A stretch of DNA of 64,000 nucleotides from Deltaproteobacteria bacterium (lineage in GTDB: Bacteria; Desulfobacterota; Syntrophia; Syntrophales; UBA2192). Under the pieces are notes generated by a model. It searched no databases. It saw nothing but the letters and a program-made list of their open reading frames with translations, and was not told where the DNA came from. The position numbers and the translations under genes were made by a program. This document shows, piece by piece, positions 9,808 through 20,619 of this stretch. The stretch spans positions 23,082-87,081 of the forward strand of contig JAAYEC010000015.1 of NCBI GenBank assembly GCA_012728915.1, written 5' to 3'. The first letter of the stretch is position 1. The number at the start of each line of letters is the position of its first letter.

Positions 9808-11961
9808 ATGGAATACCGCTTTCGGAGGTTTCGGGAAATGAAAACAGCGGATGCGGGGAACGACCGCATTGCCATGGCGGTCCTGACGGGCATGGTTTTT
9901 TGCGGGGCCGTCCTGCTCTTCGGGCTCGAGCCGCTAACGGGACGCCTGCTGACCCCCTATTTCGGCGGCGCGGCTCACGTCTGGCTCACCTGCCTGATGT
10001 TTTTCCAGGCCATCCTGTTCGTCGGGTACCTTTACTCCCATCTCTTCGCGAGGAAACTCGGCGTCTGGCACCTGGCGATTCTCGCCCTGCCCCTCGTGAA
10101 CCTGCCTCTCCAGGTCCATGCCCAGCCCGACCCCCATGCGCCGCTCGCCCACCTTCTCTACGTGCTGTCCGTGTCCGTGGCAATCCCCTTCGCCGTGCTC
10201 TCCACGACGGCTGTGGTGGCCCAGGCCTGGTTGAGCAAGTCCCGCCTGGGCATGCATCGGGAGCCCTATTTCCTCTATGCCGCATCCAACGCGGGATCGC
10301 TCGTCGCCCTTCTCGGGTATACCTTCGCCGCCGAGCCCCTCATGGGGGTCAGGCTGCAAGGCGCGGCCTGGAGCCTGGCCTATGTGATCTACGCCTGCCT
10401 CGTCGTCGCCTCATGGGTCCTGCTTCGTCCGAACCTCGGACCGGGGACGGAGGGCGGCAAAGAGGAAGCGATCGCCGCGTCACCGGCCGTCGGCGCCGCG
10501 GCCTACGGGAAGTGGCTCCTTCTTTCCATCCTTCCCTCGGCATTCCTGCTGGCCGTGACGAACTACATCGCCCTCGAGGTGGGCTCCTTTCCGCTCACCT
10601 GGATCCTGCCACTCGCCCTGTACCTGGGAAGCTTCATCGTAACCTTCCGGACGGGCGGCGGCGTGCCCCGCTTTCTCCGCAATGCCTGGCCCGAGATCCT
10701 CCTGGCGGGCCTTCTCATGTTTCTGCTGGGACCGGTGCACTGGCTGGCCATCATCGGACACCTGATTGTTTTCTTTCTCGTCTGCCTGATTTCCCATGGC
10801 ACGCTTTACGAGCTGAGGCCCCCGGCGGCGCGGCTGACGAACTTTTACCTGGCGGCGGCCCTGGGGGGCTGGATCGGCGGAGCCCTCGTCAGTCTCGGTG
10901 CGCCCTTCCTGTTTCCGGCGCTCTACGAATACCCGGTCATCGTGCTGCTCCTGGCCCCCGCGTTCTGGTGGTGCCGGGAGAAACCCCTGACCCGCCTTCG
11001 GACTGGCATCTCCTATGCCGCCGTCGTGGGCCGGTCCGTCGTCGTGGCCTTTCTCGTCTTGCTGATCGTGAAGGAAGGCTGGCAGACCCTCCAGGAGCCG
11101 GTTCGCTTTCGCCACCGGAACTTCTACGGCACCTACACGATCTGGGACGTGGCGAGCTATCCGCAGGATATCCGGCAACTTCTCCACGGACGGACCATCC
11201 ACGGCGCGCAGCTGCTGGACCCCGAGACCCGCATGACCCCCATCATGTACTATTTCATCGGGGGCGGAATCGCGGACGTCTACGAGACGGCGCCGCCCGG
11301 CCGGAGGATGGCCGTGCTCGGTTTGGGGGCCGGGGCCGCCGCCTCTTACGTGAAGCCGGGCGAAACCATGGTCTACTACGAGATCGACCCCGACAACGAG
11401 GGGATTGCCCGCCACTGGTTCTCGTTTCTCGACGAGTGCAGGGGCCGCGTGCGGGTGGTCGTGGGGGATGGGCGTCTCGGACTGCAGAACAGCGACCGGC
11501 TGGAGCCTCCCTACGACATCATCCACATGGATGCCTTCACGGGTGACGGCATACCGACCCACCTGCTGACCAGGGAGGCGGTCCGGGTCTACCTGGAGCG
11601 GCTCAGCGGCAACGGCGTGATCCTCTTCCACGTGTCGAACCGCTACTACGAGCTTCGTCCCGTCATCAAGGCCATTGCCGCCGAGCTCGGCCTGGCCGGA
11701 GCCGTCAACGTCCCCACGCCGAAGACCGAGCTGAAGGCGAACCAGAGCGCCACGTGGTGCGTGGTGCTCGCCAGGAACCCCGATCGCCTGGCGGCGCTCG
11801 TCAGAAAGGGGTGGATTCCCTTCGGTCCCGGGGACGGCCTGAGGGAGGTGACGCCCTGGACGGACGACTACATCAACATCCTGCTGCCGCTGCGCGACGG
11901 GATGCGGGAGCGATGGGACGGGTTCAACTTCGCACAGTGGCTGAAGACCCTCCGGCCGTGA
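9808..11961 (+). CDS. Fused polytopic membrane domain / spermidine synthase-like (PABS-fold) protein
   Basis: The N-terminal ~480 aa are multi-TM. The C-terminal part is a class I methyltransferase/spermidine-synthase fold (VLGLGAGAAASY, YYEIDPD, IIHMDAFTGDGIPTHLLT). The start could be ATG 9808 or ATG 9838. Confidence 0.8.
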   Translation: MEYRFRRFREMKTADAGNDRIAMAVLTGMVFCGAVLLFGLEPLTGRLLTPYFGGAAHVWLTCLMFFQAILFVGYLYSHLFARKLGVWHLAILALPLVNLPLQVHAQPDPHAPLAHLLYVLSVSVAIPFAVLSTTAVVAQAWLSKSRLGMHREPYFLYAASNAGSLVALLGYTFAAEPLMGVRLQGAAWSLAYVIYACLVVASWVLLRPNLGPGTEGGKEEAIAASPAVGAAAYGKWLLLSILPSAFLLAVTNYIALEVGSFPLTWILPLALYLGSFIVTFRTGGGVPRFLRNAWPEILLAGLLMFLLGPVHWLAIIGHLIVFFLVCLISHGTLYELRPPAARLTNFYLAAALGGWIGGALVSLGAPFLFPALYEYPVIVLLLAPAFWWCREKPLTRLRTGISYAAVVGRSVVVAFLVLLIVKEGWQTLQEPVRFRHRNFYGTYTIWDVASYPQDIRQLLHGRTIHGAQLLDPETRMTPIMYYFIGGGIADVYETAPPGRRMAVLGLGAGAAASYVKPGETMVYYEIDPDNEGIARHWFSFLDECRGRVRVVVGDGRLGLQNSDRLEPPYDIIHMDAFTGDGIPTHLLTREAVRVYLERLSGNGVILFHVSNRYYELRPVIKAIAAELGLAGAVNVPTPKTELKANQSATWCVVLARNPDRLAALVRKGWIPFGPGDGLREVTPWTDDYINILLPLRDGMRERWDGFNFAQWLKTLRP

Positions 11962-11987
11962 CGATGCGACGTCTCCAGGCGCAGGAA

Positions 11988-12020
11988 AGCCCCCGCTCGT
12001 CCTTCCCGGAAGCGGGGGCT
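11988..12020. terminator. Hairpin between two convergent genes (possible bidirectional terminator)
   Basis: AGCCCCCGC-15 nt-GCGGGGGCT, followed by CCTGTTTG. Confidence 0.45.
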
Positions 12021-12055
12021 CCTGTTTGCGGCCCGGGGCCCGTTGCCTGTTCGCG

Positions 12056-12664
12056 CTAGACGCCCGGCAGGCGAGTGCGGTTCTTCTCGTACTCCTCCAT
12101 GACCTTCTTCGTGTACCAGGTCTTCGGCTCGCTGCTTCGCTGCATGTTCTGCCTTGCCCGGGTGAAGCCGACGTTATAGGCGTACAGGACGGCGTACTCG
12201 TTGTCGTAATGCCGTGAGAGCCACGACAGATAGTAGACGCCGAAACGGACGTTGGCGTGGGGGCAGCGCAGCACGTTCTGCCGATAGGGGATCCCCACCT
12301 CGTCGGAGAACTCGCGGGCCACCACGGGTTTGACCTGCATGATCCCGACGGCCCCCGCGCCGGAAACCACATTGTGGCGGAAGTTGCTCTCGGCATCCAT
12401 GACGGCCAGCACCAGGCGGTAGTCGACCTGGTAGCGCCGCGAGGCGTCGTACATCGTCCGCGCCACTTCCCGAAGTTCTTCGTCCGGGATGAGGGCGTTC
12501 TTTTCTGCAAGGTGGGCAACGATCAGTTCGACGGCGCGCTCCTCATCCCAGTTCAATTCAAAACCGAGGCCGCTGGAAGCGGCCTCATCGGAAAAATTCA
12601 GACTGGTCAGCGAAACAACGCCGACGATCAATCCGAGCATGCCCAGGAATTTCATCGCTTTCAT
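12056..12664 (-). CDS. Lytic transglycosylase (SLT domain), exported
   Basis: A signal peptide MKAMKFLGMLGLIVG is present. The SLT motifs are VMDAESNFRHN, GAVGIMQV and YAYNVG. Confidence 0.85.
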   Translation of the reverse strand: MKAMKFLGMLGLIVGVVSLTSLNFSDEAASSGLGFELNWDEERAVELIVAHLAEKNALIPDEELREVARTMYDASRRYQVDYRLVLAVMDAESNFRHNVVSGAGAVGIMQVKPVVAREFSDEVGIPYRQNVLRCPHANVRFGVYYLSWLSRHYDNEYAVLYAYNVGFTRARQNMQRSSEPKTWYTKKVMEEYEKNRTRLPGV

Positions 12665-13117
12665 GTCTCGTGCCTCCTTTCTCCTGTTCCTCCCCCTTCC
12701 GGCTGGTCGTGTCGCGGGGTTTTTCTCACAGGAGCTTGCGCTGGGAAGTATCAGCGTGAACGTGAAGAGAATACCGGAAGGGCTGTCTGAGCGAGGTCGG
12801 CCTTAATGGCCTGCACCGCCTGTAACCTCTATTTCGGCGAATGTTACAAATCGACGGCAAGGATTGCAAGAAAAAATGGAAAATTTTTGTAAAATGCTCA
12901 TAATATCAGCCACTTAAACTAAAAATACGCCGATTTTGCCCGCCCGGGGCAAAAAACGCTTGATTTTTCCGTAGCCCTTGCTTTCCGGAGTCCCGGCGGC
13001 AGCTTTTTGTTTCCACACTTGCCAACCCTGCGGCGTTTCGGTTAACGTAGAGCCTCCGCGGCGCAGGGCGGCTGCGCTCGCCGGAACCCAACAACAACCC
13101 CTTCGAGGAGACACGTC

Positions 13118-14551
13118 ATGAACAAACGCCGAGCCGAAACGCTTATCCGCGGGTGGCGCCCCATCCTTCCGGCGCTCATCCTGCTTGCCTTCCTGTTCCC
13201 GGGGAGAGCCGATGCCCAGAAGACGGTCGCCCCGGATCTCAGCACCGCCATCATCCGGGTAGCCAAGGACAATATCCCGGCCGTGGTCCATATCGAGGTG
13301 ACCCGGAGCCAGGAGGTCCGGCGCCCGGTCATGCCCTTCGAGGGCGACCCGTTCTTTCGCTTTTTCCAGGACCCGCAGCAGGCCCCCCGCAAGTTCAAGC
13401 GGGAAATGAGGGGGCTCGGCACGGGGATGATCACCGACGCCCAGGGCCACATCCTGACCAACAACCACGTCGTGGGCGGGGCCTCCAGGGTCCAGGTGCT
13501 GCTCGCCGACGGGAGCCGCTTCGAGGCCCGGGTCGTGGGGACGGACCCCAAGACGGACCTGGCTGTCGTCAGGATTAACGCCGGGAAGCCCCTCCCGCAC
13601 GTGCGGTTCGGCGATTCGGACGCCGTCGAGGTGGGCGAATGGGTCGTGGCCATCGGCCACCCCCGGGGCCTCGATCAGACGGTGACAACGGGGATCATCA
13701 GCGCCAAGCACCGCCGGGGGATCACGGACCCGTCGGGCTACCAGGATTTCCTCCAGACCGATGCGGCCATCAACCCCGGCAACAGCGGGGGCCCCCTGCT
13801 GAACCTGCGGGGGGAGGTCGTGGGGGTCAATGCCGCCATCGCCTCCGCATCGGGCGGATTCGAGGGGATCGGCTTCGCGATCCCCAGCAACATGGCCATT
13901 CACATTTCCCGCGAGTTGATCGCCAGGGGAAAGGTCGAGCGGGGCTGGCTGGGCGTTTCCGTCCAGGATCTCACGCACGACCTCTCCAGGACGATGGGCC
14001 TCGAGGCCACCCGGGGCGCCCTCGTCTCGGAGGTTCACAAGGCGAGCCCGGCGGAAAAAGCGGGACTCAGGCAGGGCGACGTCGTCATCGCCTACAACGG
14101 AAGGGAGATTCGTGACGCCTCGCAGCTTCGCAACGAGGCGGCCTCCTCGCCCATCGGCGGGGAGGTCCGGCTCACCATCCTGCGCGAGGGGCAGAAACGG
14201 GAGGTTCCCGTGCGGATCGAGTCCATGGAAAGCCGGACCCTGGCCGCAACCCCCTCGATCCAGGAACGTCTGGGCATCACGGTGCGGGGCGCCACGGCCC
14301 GGGAGGCATCCCGCCTGAAGCTCAAGCCGGGCCAGGGCGTGATCATCACCCGGGTGGAGCCGGCGGGCCCGGGGGCCAAGGCGGGGCTGGAACCCGGGGA
14401 CGCGATCCTGGAGGTCAACGAGATCCCCCTGTCGAGCGCCCAGGACCTCTCGGGGGCCCTGGCCCTGGTGAAACCGGGCGAGCAGATCCTGGCGACGATC
14501 ATGGACGGACGAACCCGGCAGCGCGGCTCGCTGCAGATCAGGCTGCGCTGA
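13118..14551 (+). CDS. htrA: Periplasmic serine endoprotease DegP/DegQ/HtrA family with two PDZ domains
   Basis: The catalytic triad context is TNNHVV, TDLAVVRI and GNSGGPLLN, followed by two PDZ-like repeats. Confidence 0.92.
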   Translation: MNKRRAETLIRGWRPILPALILLAFLFPGRADAQKTVAPDLSTAIIRVAKDNIPAVVHIEVTRSQEVRRPVMPFEGDPFFRFFQDPQQAPRKFKREMRGLGTGMITDAQGHILTNNHVVGGASRVQVLLADGSRFEARVVGTDPKTDLAVVRINAGKPLPHVRFGDSDAVEVGEWVVAIGHPRGLDQTVTTGIISAKHRRGITDPSGYQDFLQTDAAINPGNSGGPLLNLRGEVVGVNAAIASASGGFEGIGFAIPSNMAIHISRELIARGKVERGWLGVSVQDLTHDLSRTMGLEATRGALVSEVHKASPAEKAGLRQGDVVIAYNGREIRDASQLRNEAASSPIGGEVRLTILREGQKREVPVRIESMESRTLAATPSIQERLGITVRGATAREASRLKLKPGQGVIITRVEPAGPGAKAGLEPGDAILEVNEIPLSSAQDLSGALALVKPGEQILATIMDGRTRQRGSLQIRLR

Positions 14552-14695
14552 TCCCCGAAGGGACGGGCCTCCCGGACGGGGCCGCGCGGCCCCTCGCTCT
14601 GTCTGTCCAAGAAACCGTGAATTCGCGCCGCCTTTTTGTTATAGTGGACCGGGCGTTTTCAGTTTTTCGCTCTGCACGGTCCAGGGGGGCATGGG

Positions 14696-15241
14696 ATGGC
14701 GGCGTTCCGGGCGGCAAGGAGGTGGGGGACGGTCTCGGCTCTGGCGTTCATCGTCGCATGCACGCCTTCTCCGCCGACGCCGACGAAGGCCTCCGAGGCC
14801 TTCCGGCAGGAGGTCCTGGCGGCCCGGGAGTCCCTTTCAGCCGTCCTGACGGATGCCGCCGCCGGCCGCGAGCCAGGGACCGCCGAACGCGCCCTCGAGC
14901 AGACCTGCTCCCTGGCCAGGGACAGCGGCCGCCCCTTCGCGTGCGGCATCACCGTCCTGGACAATCACGGCATCACGCTCGCCTCCGCAACCCCCGGGGC
15001 GGCCATCCGCCGTCTCGACTACTCGCGGTACGAGGTCGTCACAAGGGCCCTGGCGGAGCGCAGAATCGTCAAGACGAAACTCCACCTGCAGGACCGCTCG
15101 AAGCTCTACGTCGTTGCGATGCCTCTGGAACGGCGGGGAGAGCTCGTGGGGCTTCTGGTGCTGGCATTCGATCAGGCAGACCTCATGGGCCGGCACGGTC
15201 TGACCGAGGAGGAATTCCAGAACGTCGATCTGGGCCGATGA
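14696..15241 (+). CDS. Hypothetical lipoprotein upstream of the Mla-like transporter
   Basis: A lipobox-like LAFIVAC is present. Third-codon GC is high and no recognisable family was found. Confidence 0.55.
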   Translation: MAAFRAARRWGTVSALAFIVACTPSPPTPTKASEAFRQEVLAARESLSAVLTDAAAGREPGTAERALEQTCSLARDSGRPFACGITVLDNHGITLASATPGAAIRRLDYSRYEVVTRALAERRIVKTKLHLQDRSKLYVVAMPLERRGELVGLLVLAFDQADLMGRHGLTEEEFQNVDLGR

Positions 15242-15263
15242 GGCCCGCCCGGAACGGGGATCA

Positions 15264-16409
15264 ATGGCGGCGATGAACCACTCGGGATACAGGATGACTG
15301 TCGAAGGGACCGCGGGAGAAGAGGCCTCGATCCGGCTGGCAGGCCGCCTGGCCCTCGAGGACCTCAGGCCCCTCATGGCGGAGCTGCGGGCGATTCCGGA
15401 GAGAATGAAGCCCCGCAGAATCGCCCTCGACGTCTCCGGCGTGGAGTACCTGGACAGCGCCGGAGCGCTGGCCCTGATCAAAATGGAAATCCTCTGCGGG
15501 TCCCTCGGAATCCCCTTCGAACTCCTCGGCGTCTCGGAAAAGGACCACGGCCTTCTGCGCCTCATCGACCGGGAGGCCCAGCTGCGGCCGCCGCTCAGGC
15601 CCGAGTCCGAAAGGTCGGACATCGTGGCGAAGCTGGGCGACCGGGCCCGCCGCCAGTACCGGGACGTCCTGGAGATCATGTCCTTCGTCGGGGAGCTCGT
15701 CGCGGCCCTCGCTTTCTGTCTGGCGCACCCGCGTACCGTCCGATGGGAGGAGGTCAAGTTCTACATGAAACGGGCCGGCGCCGACGGACTTCCCATCGTG
15801 GCGCTCATCAGCCTGCTGCTGGGGCTGATCATGGCCTTCATGTCGTCGCTTCAGCTCAAGCAGTTCGGGGCCAACCTCTACGTGGCCAACCTCGTGACCA
15901 TCGCCATGGTTCGCGAGCTGGGGCCCATCATGACGGCCATCCTCGTGGCAGGCCGCTCGGGATCGGCCTTCGCCGCCGAGATCGGCACCATGGTCGTCAA
16001 CGACGAGGTCAATGCGCTGGTGACCATGGGGTTCGACCCGGTCCGGTTCCTGGCCGTCCCGAAAGTGCTCGCGGCCATGATCGTGGTTCCCATCCTGACC
16101 GTCTATGCCGACGTTTTCGCCATGCTTGGCGGTCTCATCGTGGGGGTCACGGGCCTGGATCTCACCGCCTTCACCTACATCCAGCAGACGAAGGCCAGCA
16201 TCCGCGTGTTCGACTTCGCCACGAGCCTGGCCAAGGCCGTCGTCTTCGCCATGCTGATTTCCGGGATCGGCTGTCAGCGGGGGTTCCAGGTGAGGGGGGG
16301 CGCCGAGGGCGTGGGGACGTCGACGACCTCGGCCGTGGTCTCGGCGATCTTCCTGATCATCGTGGCCGACTCGGCCTTTGCCATCATGCTGCATTACGTC
16401 CGGCAGTAA
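15264..16409 (+). CDS. mlaE: MlaE-family ABC permease with an N-terminal STAS domain
   Basis: A STAS-like N-terminus (LDVSGVEYLDSAGALAL) precedes the MlaE core (RELGPIMTAILVAGRSGSAFAAEIGTM, VNDEVNAL). Confidence 0.85.
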   Translation: MAAMNHSGYRMTVEGTAGEEASIRLAGRLALEDLRPLMAELRAIPERMKPRRIALDVSGVEYLDSAGALALIKMEILCGSLGIPFELLGVSEKDHGLLRLIDREAQLRPPLRPESERSDIVAKLGDRARRQYRDVLEIMSFVGELVAALAFCLAHPRTVRWEEVKFYMKRAGADGLPIVALISLLLGLIMAFMSSLQLKQFGANLYVANLVTIAMVRELGPIMTAILVAGRSGSAFAAEIGTMVVNDEVNALVTMGFDPVRFLAVPKVLAAMIVVPILTVYADVFAMLGGLIVGVTGLDLTAFTYIQQTKASIRVFDFATSLAKAVVFAMLISGIGCQRGFQVRGGAEGVGTSTTSAVVSAIFLIIVADSAFAIMLHYVRQ

Positions 16410-16428
16410 CGGGGGAGGGAAGGGACGA

Positions 16429-17190
16429 ATGGCACCGCCCGGCACGGAACCGGTCATCATCGTCGAGGGGCTCACCGCGCGGTACGGGGAGGTGACGATC
16501 CTGCAGGACGTGAGCTTCGAGGTCCGCCGGGGCGAGCGGTTCATGATCCTCGGCGGAAGCGGCTGCGGGAAATCGACGCTGCTCAAGCACATGATCGGGC
16601 TCCTCAGGCCCCATGCGGGCCGCGTCATCATCAACGGCATCGACATCACCCGGGCCGACGAGGGGACGCTGCACCGGGTCCGGAGCCGGCTCGGTGTGCT
16701 CTTCCAGGCCGACGCCCTCTTCGGCTCCATGTCGCTGGCCGAAAACGTGGCCCTGCCCCTCGCGGAGTACACCGATCTTCCGCCGGAGCTGATCCGCGAG
16801 ATCGTCCGGATGAAGCTCGGCCTCGTCAACCTGGCGGGCTACGAAAACCACATGCCGTCGGAGCTCTCGGGGGGAATGCGGAAGCGGGCGGGGCTTGCCC
16901 GGGCCATGGCGCTGGATCCCATGTTCCTGTTCTTCGACGAGCCCTGGGCGGGCCTCGACCCCGTCACGGCCGCGGAACTCGACATCCTGATCCGGAGCCT
17001 CAACGAGGGGACCGGGACGACCATGGTCTTCGTCACGCAGGAGCTGGCCTCCATCTTCAGCCTCGCACAGAGGGTCATCATGCTGCACAGGGACGTAAAG
17101 GGCATCATCGCCCGGGGGGCGCCGCAGGAGCTCCGCGCGTCGTCGACGGACCCTCGGGTCAACCATTTTTTCAACCGCCGGGCGGATTAG
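16429..17190 (+). CDS. mlaF: ABC transporter ATP-binding protein (MlaF-like)
   Basis: Walker A is GGSGCGKST, the signature is LSGGMRKRAGLARA and Walker B is LFFDEP. Confidence 0.9.
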   Translation: MAPPGTEPVIIVEGLTARYGEVTILQDVSFEVRRGERFMILGGSGCGKSTLLKHMIGLLRPHAGRVIINGIDITRADEGTLHRVRSRLGVLFQADALFGSMSLAENVALPLAEYTDLPPELIREIVRMKLGLVNLAGYENHMPSELSGGMRKRAGLARAMALDPMFLFFDEPWAGLDPVTAAELDILIRSLNEGTGTTMVFVTQELASIFSLAQRVIMLHRDVKGIIARGAPQELRASSTDPRVNHFFNRRAD

Positions 17191-17205
17191 GGGAGAAGGA
17201 CAGCG

Positions 17206-18135
17206 ATGACCAGGAAGGTATCCAGCAGGGCCCTCGGCCTCTTCGTGACCGCGGGCGCCCTCCTCGGGGTGGCCGCCGTCATCTGGGTGGGGGCGTCGAA
17301 GTATTTCGAAAAAGGGATGCGCTACGCCACCTACTTCGACGAGAGCGTGCAGGGGCTCCAGCGCGACTCCGCCGTCAAGTACCGGGGCGTGGACGTGGGC
17401 CGCGTGGAGGAGATCCGGGTGGCGCCCGACAACCGCCTCATCGAGATCATCATGAAGATCCGGCTCCGCGAGGACGTGGAGAAGAACACGGTGGCCTCGC
17501 TGAAGGTCGCCGGGATCACGGGCATCGTCTTCGTCGAACTCGACCGCCGCGACCCCGGCGACGCCGACCTGTCTCCGCGGCTGGGCTTCGCCTCCGAGTA
17601 CCCGATCATCCCGTCGCAGCCGTCCCAGATCCGCCAGATCTTCTCGGGCATCGACGAGATCGTCGAGAAGATCAAGCAGGTCGATCTCGAGGGGATCTCG
17701 AAGAGCATCACGCTCTCGGCCAAGGCCGCCGAGGAGCTTCTGTCGGGCCCCCGGGCGCAGAAGATCATGGCAAACCTGGAGTCGATCTCGTCCAATCTCG
17801 ACCGGACCGTCGCCCGTGTGGAGGGGATCACGGCGGAGGGCCGTCTCGAGGGGATCGCCGGGGAGACGCGCGCCGCCCTAGTCGAGGCCCGGGCGCTGAT
17901 TGCGGCAGCGCGGGACGAGGTCAAGGCCCTGCGGCTCGCCGAAACGGCGGAAAAGGCAAACCGGGCCGTGGATCATTTCGCGAGAACGTCGAGAACGACG
18001 GCGCGGGACGTCCAGGCCATGAGCGAGAACCTGCGGCGCGCTTCGGAAACGCTGGAAAGGCTGCTGGAGAGGGTGGAGTCGAATCCGTCGGACCTGCTCT
18101 TCAGCAGACCCCCGGCGGCGGGAAGAGGGGACTGA
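17206..18135 (+). CDS. mlaD: MlaD/MCE-domain substrate-binding protein with a long C-terminal helical region
   Basis: An N-terminal TM segment is followed by the MCE motif GLQRDSAVKYRGVDVGRVEEI. Confidence 0.85.
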   Translation: MTRKVSSRALGLFVTAGALLGVAAVIWVGASKYFEKGMRYATYFDESVQGLQRDSAVKYRGVDVGRVEEIRVAPDNRLIEIIMKIRLREDVEKNTVASLKVAGITGIVFVELDRRDPGDADLSPRLGFASEYPIIPSQPSQIRQIFSGIDEIVEKIKQVDLEGISKSITLSAKAAEELLSGPRAQKIMANLESISSNLDRTVARVEGITAEGRLEGIAGETRAALVEARALIAAARDEVKALRLAETAEKANRAVDHFARTSRTTARDVQAMSENLRRASETLERLLERVESNPSDLLFSRPPAAGRGD

Positions 18136-18180
18136 CAGGGGCAGGTGGCAAAAAGGCAGGAGGGGAAGGGGTTGAGGCGG

Positions 18181-18798
18181 ATGAGACGGATATCGGTTCT
18201 ATTGTTGGCGGTGCTCGTTGCAACGGGCTGCGGGGGCGGGAAATCGACGTACGTCGTGAAGCAGTTTCTCCCCGAGTATGAGCCGCCGTCCGTGACGGGC
18301 CGACCGCGGGTCGACGAGGCGATCCGCATAGAGCCCTTCTCCACGGCGCAGGCCTTCGCCGGAACGGCCATGGTCTACCGGCCGTCCCCTTTCGAGCTCA
18401 ATGCCTACAGCCGGGAGCGCTGGCGCGTGGCGCCGGGCGACATGGTGACGGATTTCCTGCTCCGGGACCTGCGCGCCTCCGGCGCTTTCAAGGCCGTGCT
18501 CGCCTGGGAGGACCCGGGGGAAGGCCGGTACGTCCTGGCCGGGACCGTGGCCGAATTCCTGGAGACGGACGGGGACAGGGGGGCTGCGGCGCGGCTGGCG
18601 GCCGATGTCACGCTGCTCGACACGACCCGGAAGGTGATCACGGAGCGCGTCGTCTTCCAGAAAACCTACACCGTCGAGGAGGCCATGAAGGAGAGATCGG
18701 CCCGGGGGCTTGCCGAGGCCATGAGCGGGGCGATGAGGAAATTCTCCGGGGATCTCCAGGCGGACATCCGCCGCGCCGTGACGGACGCGAAGCCGTAA
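18181..18798 (+). CDS. ABC-type transport auxiliary lipoprotein (DUF330/YmbA/PqiC-like)
   Basis: A lipobox LVATGC is present, and the gene sits directly after mlaD as is typical for this family. Confidence 0.7.
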   Translation: MRRISVLLLAVLVATGCGGGKSTYVVKQFLPEYEPPSVTGRPRVDEAIRIEPFSTAQAFAGTAMVYRPSPFELNAYSRERWRVAPGDMVTDFLLRDLRASGAFKAVLAWEDPGEGRYVLAGTVAEFLETDGDRGAAARLAADVTLLDTTRKVITERVVFQKTYTVEEAMKERSARGLAEAMSGAMRKFSGDLQADIRRAVTDAKP

Positions 18799-18900
18799 TC
18801 GGAAAGAAAGCGGGACAAACGGTTCACGACGGGCTTGCGGCCACCCGCGGGGCGGCGGATGGGGACAGCGGCCGGAGCCCGGCCATGGAAGGGGGAAGTC

Positions 18901-19464
18901 ATGACGACCAAGGGAAGGGATTATTTCGAGGCCCTCTACGAAGTGGCGAAGGTAATCAACGCCTCCCTGGAGCCTTCGGAGGTTCTCGAGAAGATCACCT
19001 GCTGCGTAACGGAGGCCATGGGTGTCAAGGCCTGCTCCCTCCGCCTTCTCGATGCACGGGGCAAGCGGCTTCTGATGGGGGCGGCCTGCGGCCTGTCGAA
19101 AGGCTACCTCGTCAAGGGTCCGGTCCTGGTCAGGGAAAGCGGCATCGACCGCAAGGCCCTGGCCGGGAAAACCATTTGGATCCGGGATGCCCAGTCGGAC
19201 AAAGGGTTTCAGTACACCGCCGAGGCAAGGAAGGAGAAGATCCGGTCCGTCCTCGTCGTCCCCCTGCTGGCGGGCAGGAAGGTCATCGGGGTGCTCCGGG
19301 CCTACACGGGGGAAGAGCGGAAGTTCGACAGGCGGGAAATCCGGTTTCTCGAGGCCGTGGCCAACCTGAGCGCCATCGCCCTGGACAACGCCCGCCTGTA
19401 CAATGCCCTGAAGACGAATTTCGACCTGGTGATCGAACACAAGTACCGGATCGATGACAACTGA
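18901..19464 (+). CDS. Stand-alone GAF-domain protein
   Basis: The sequence reads LEKITCCVTEAMGVKACSLRLLD ... SVLVVPLLAGRKVIGVLRAY ... FLEAVANLSAIALDNARLY. Confidence 0.8.
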   Translation: MTTKGRDYFEALYEVAKVINASLEPSEVLEKITCCVTEAMGVKACSLRLLDARGKRLLMGAACGLSKGYLVKGPVLVRESGIDRKALAGKTIWIRDAQSDKGFQYTAEARKEKIRSVLVVPLLAGRKVIGVLRAYTGEERKFDRREIRFLEAVANLSAIALDNARLYNALKTNFDLVIEHKYRIDDN

Positions 19465-19483
19465 AAGGCAGGCGTAAGGCTGA

Positions 19484-20551
<1,068 letters not shown>

Positions 20552-20619
20552 GGGAAGGCAAAGGGCAAAAGGCCGGAAGCCGACGGACAGATACACAACC
20601 GATCCAGAAGGACAGCGAC

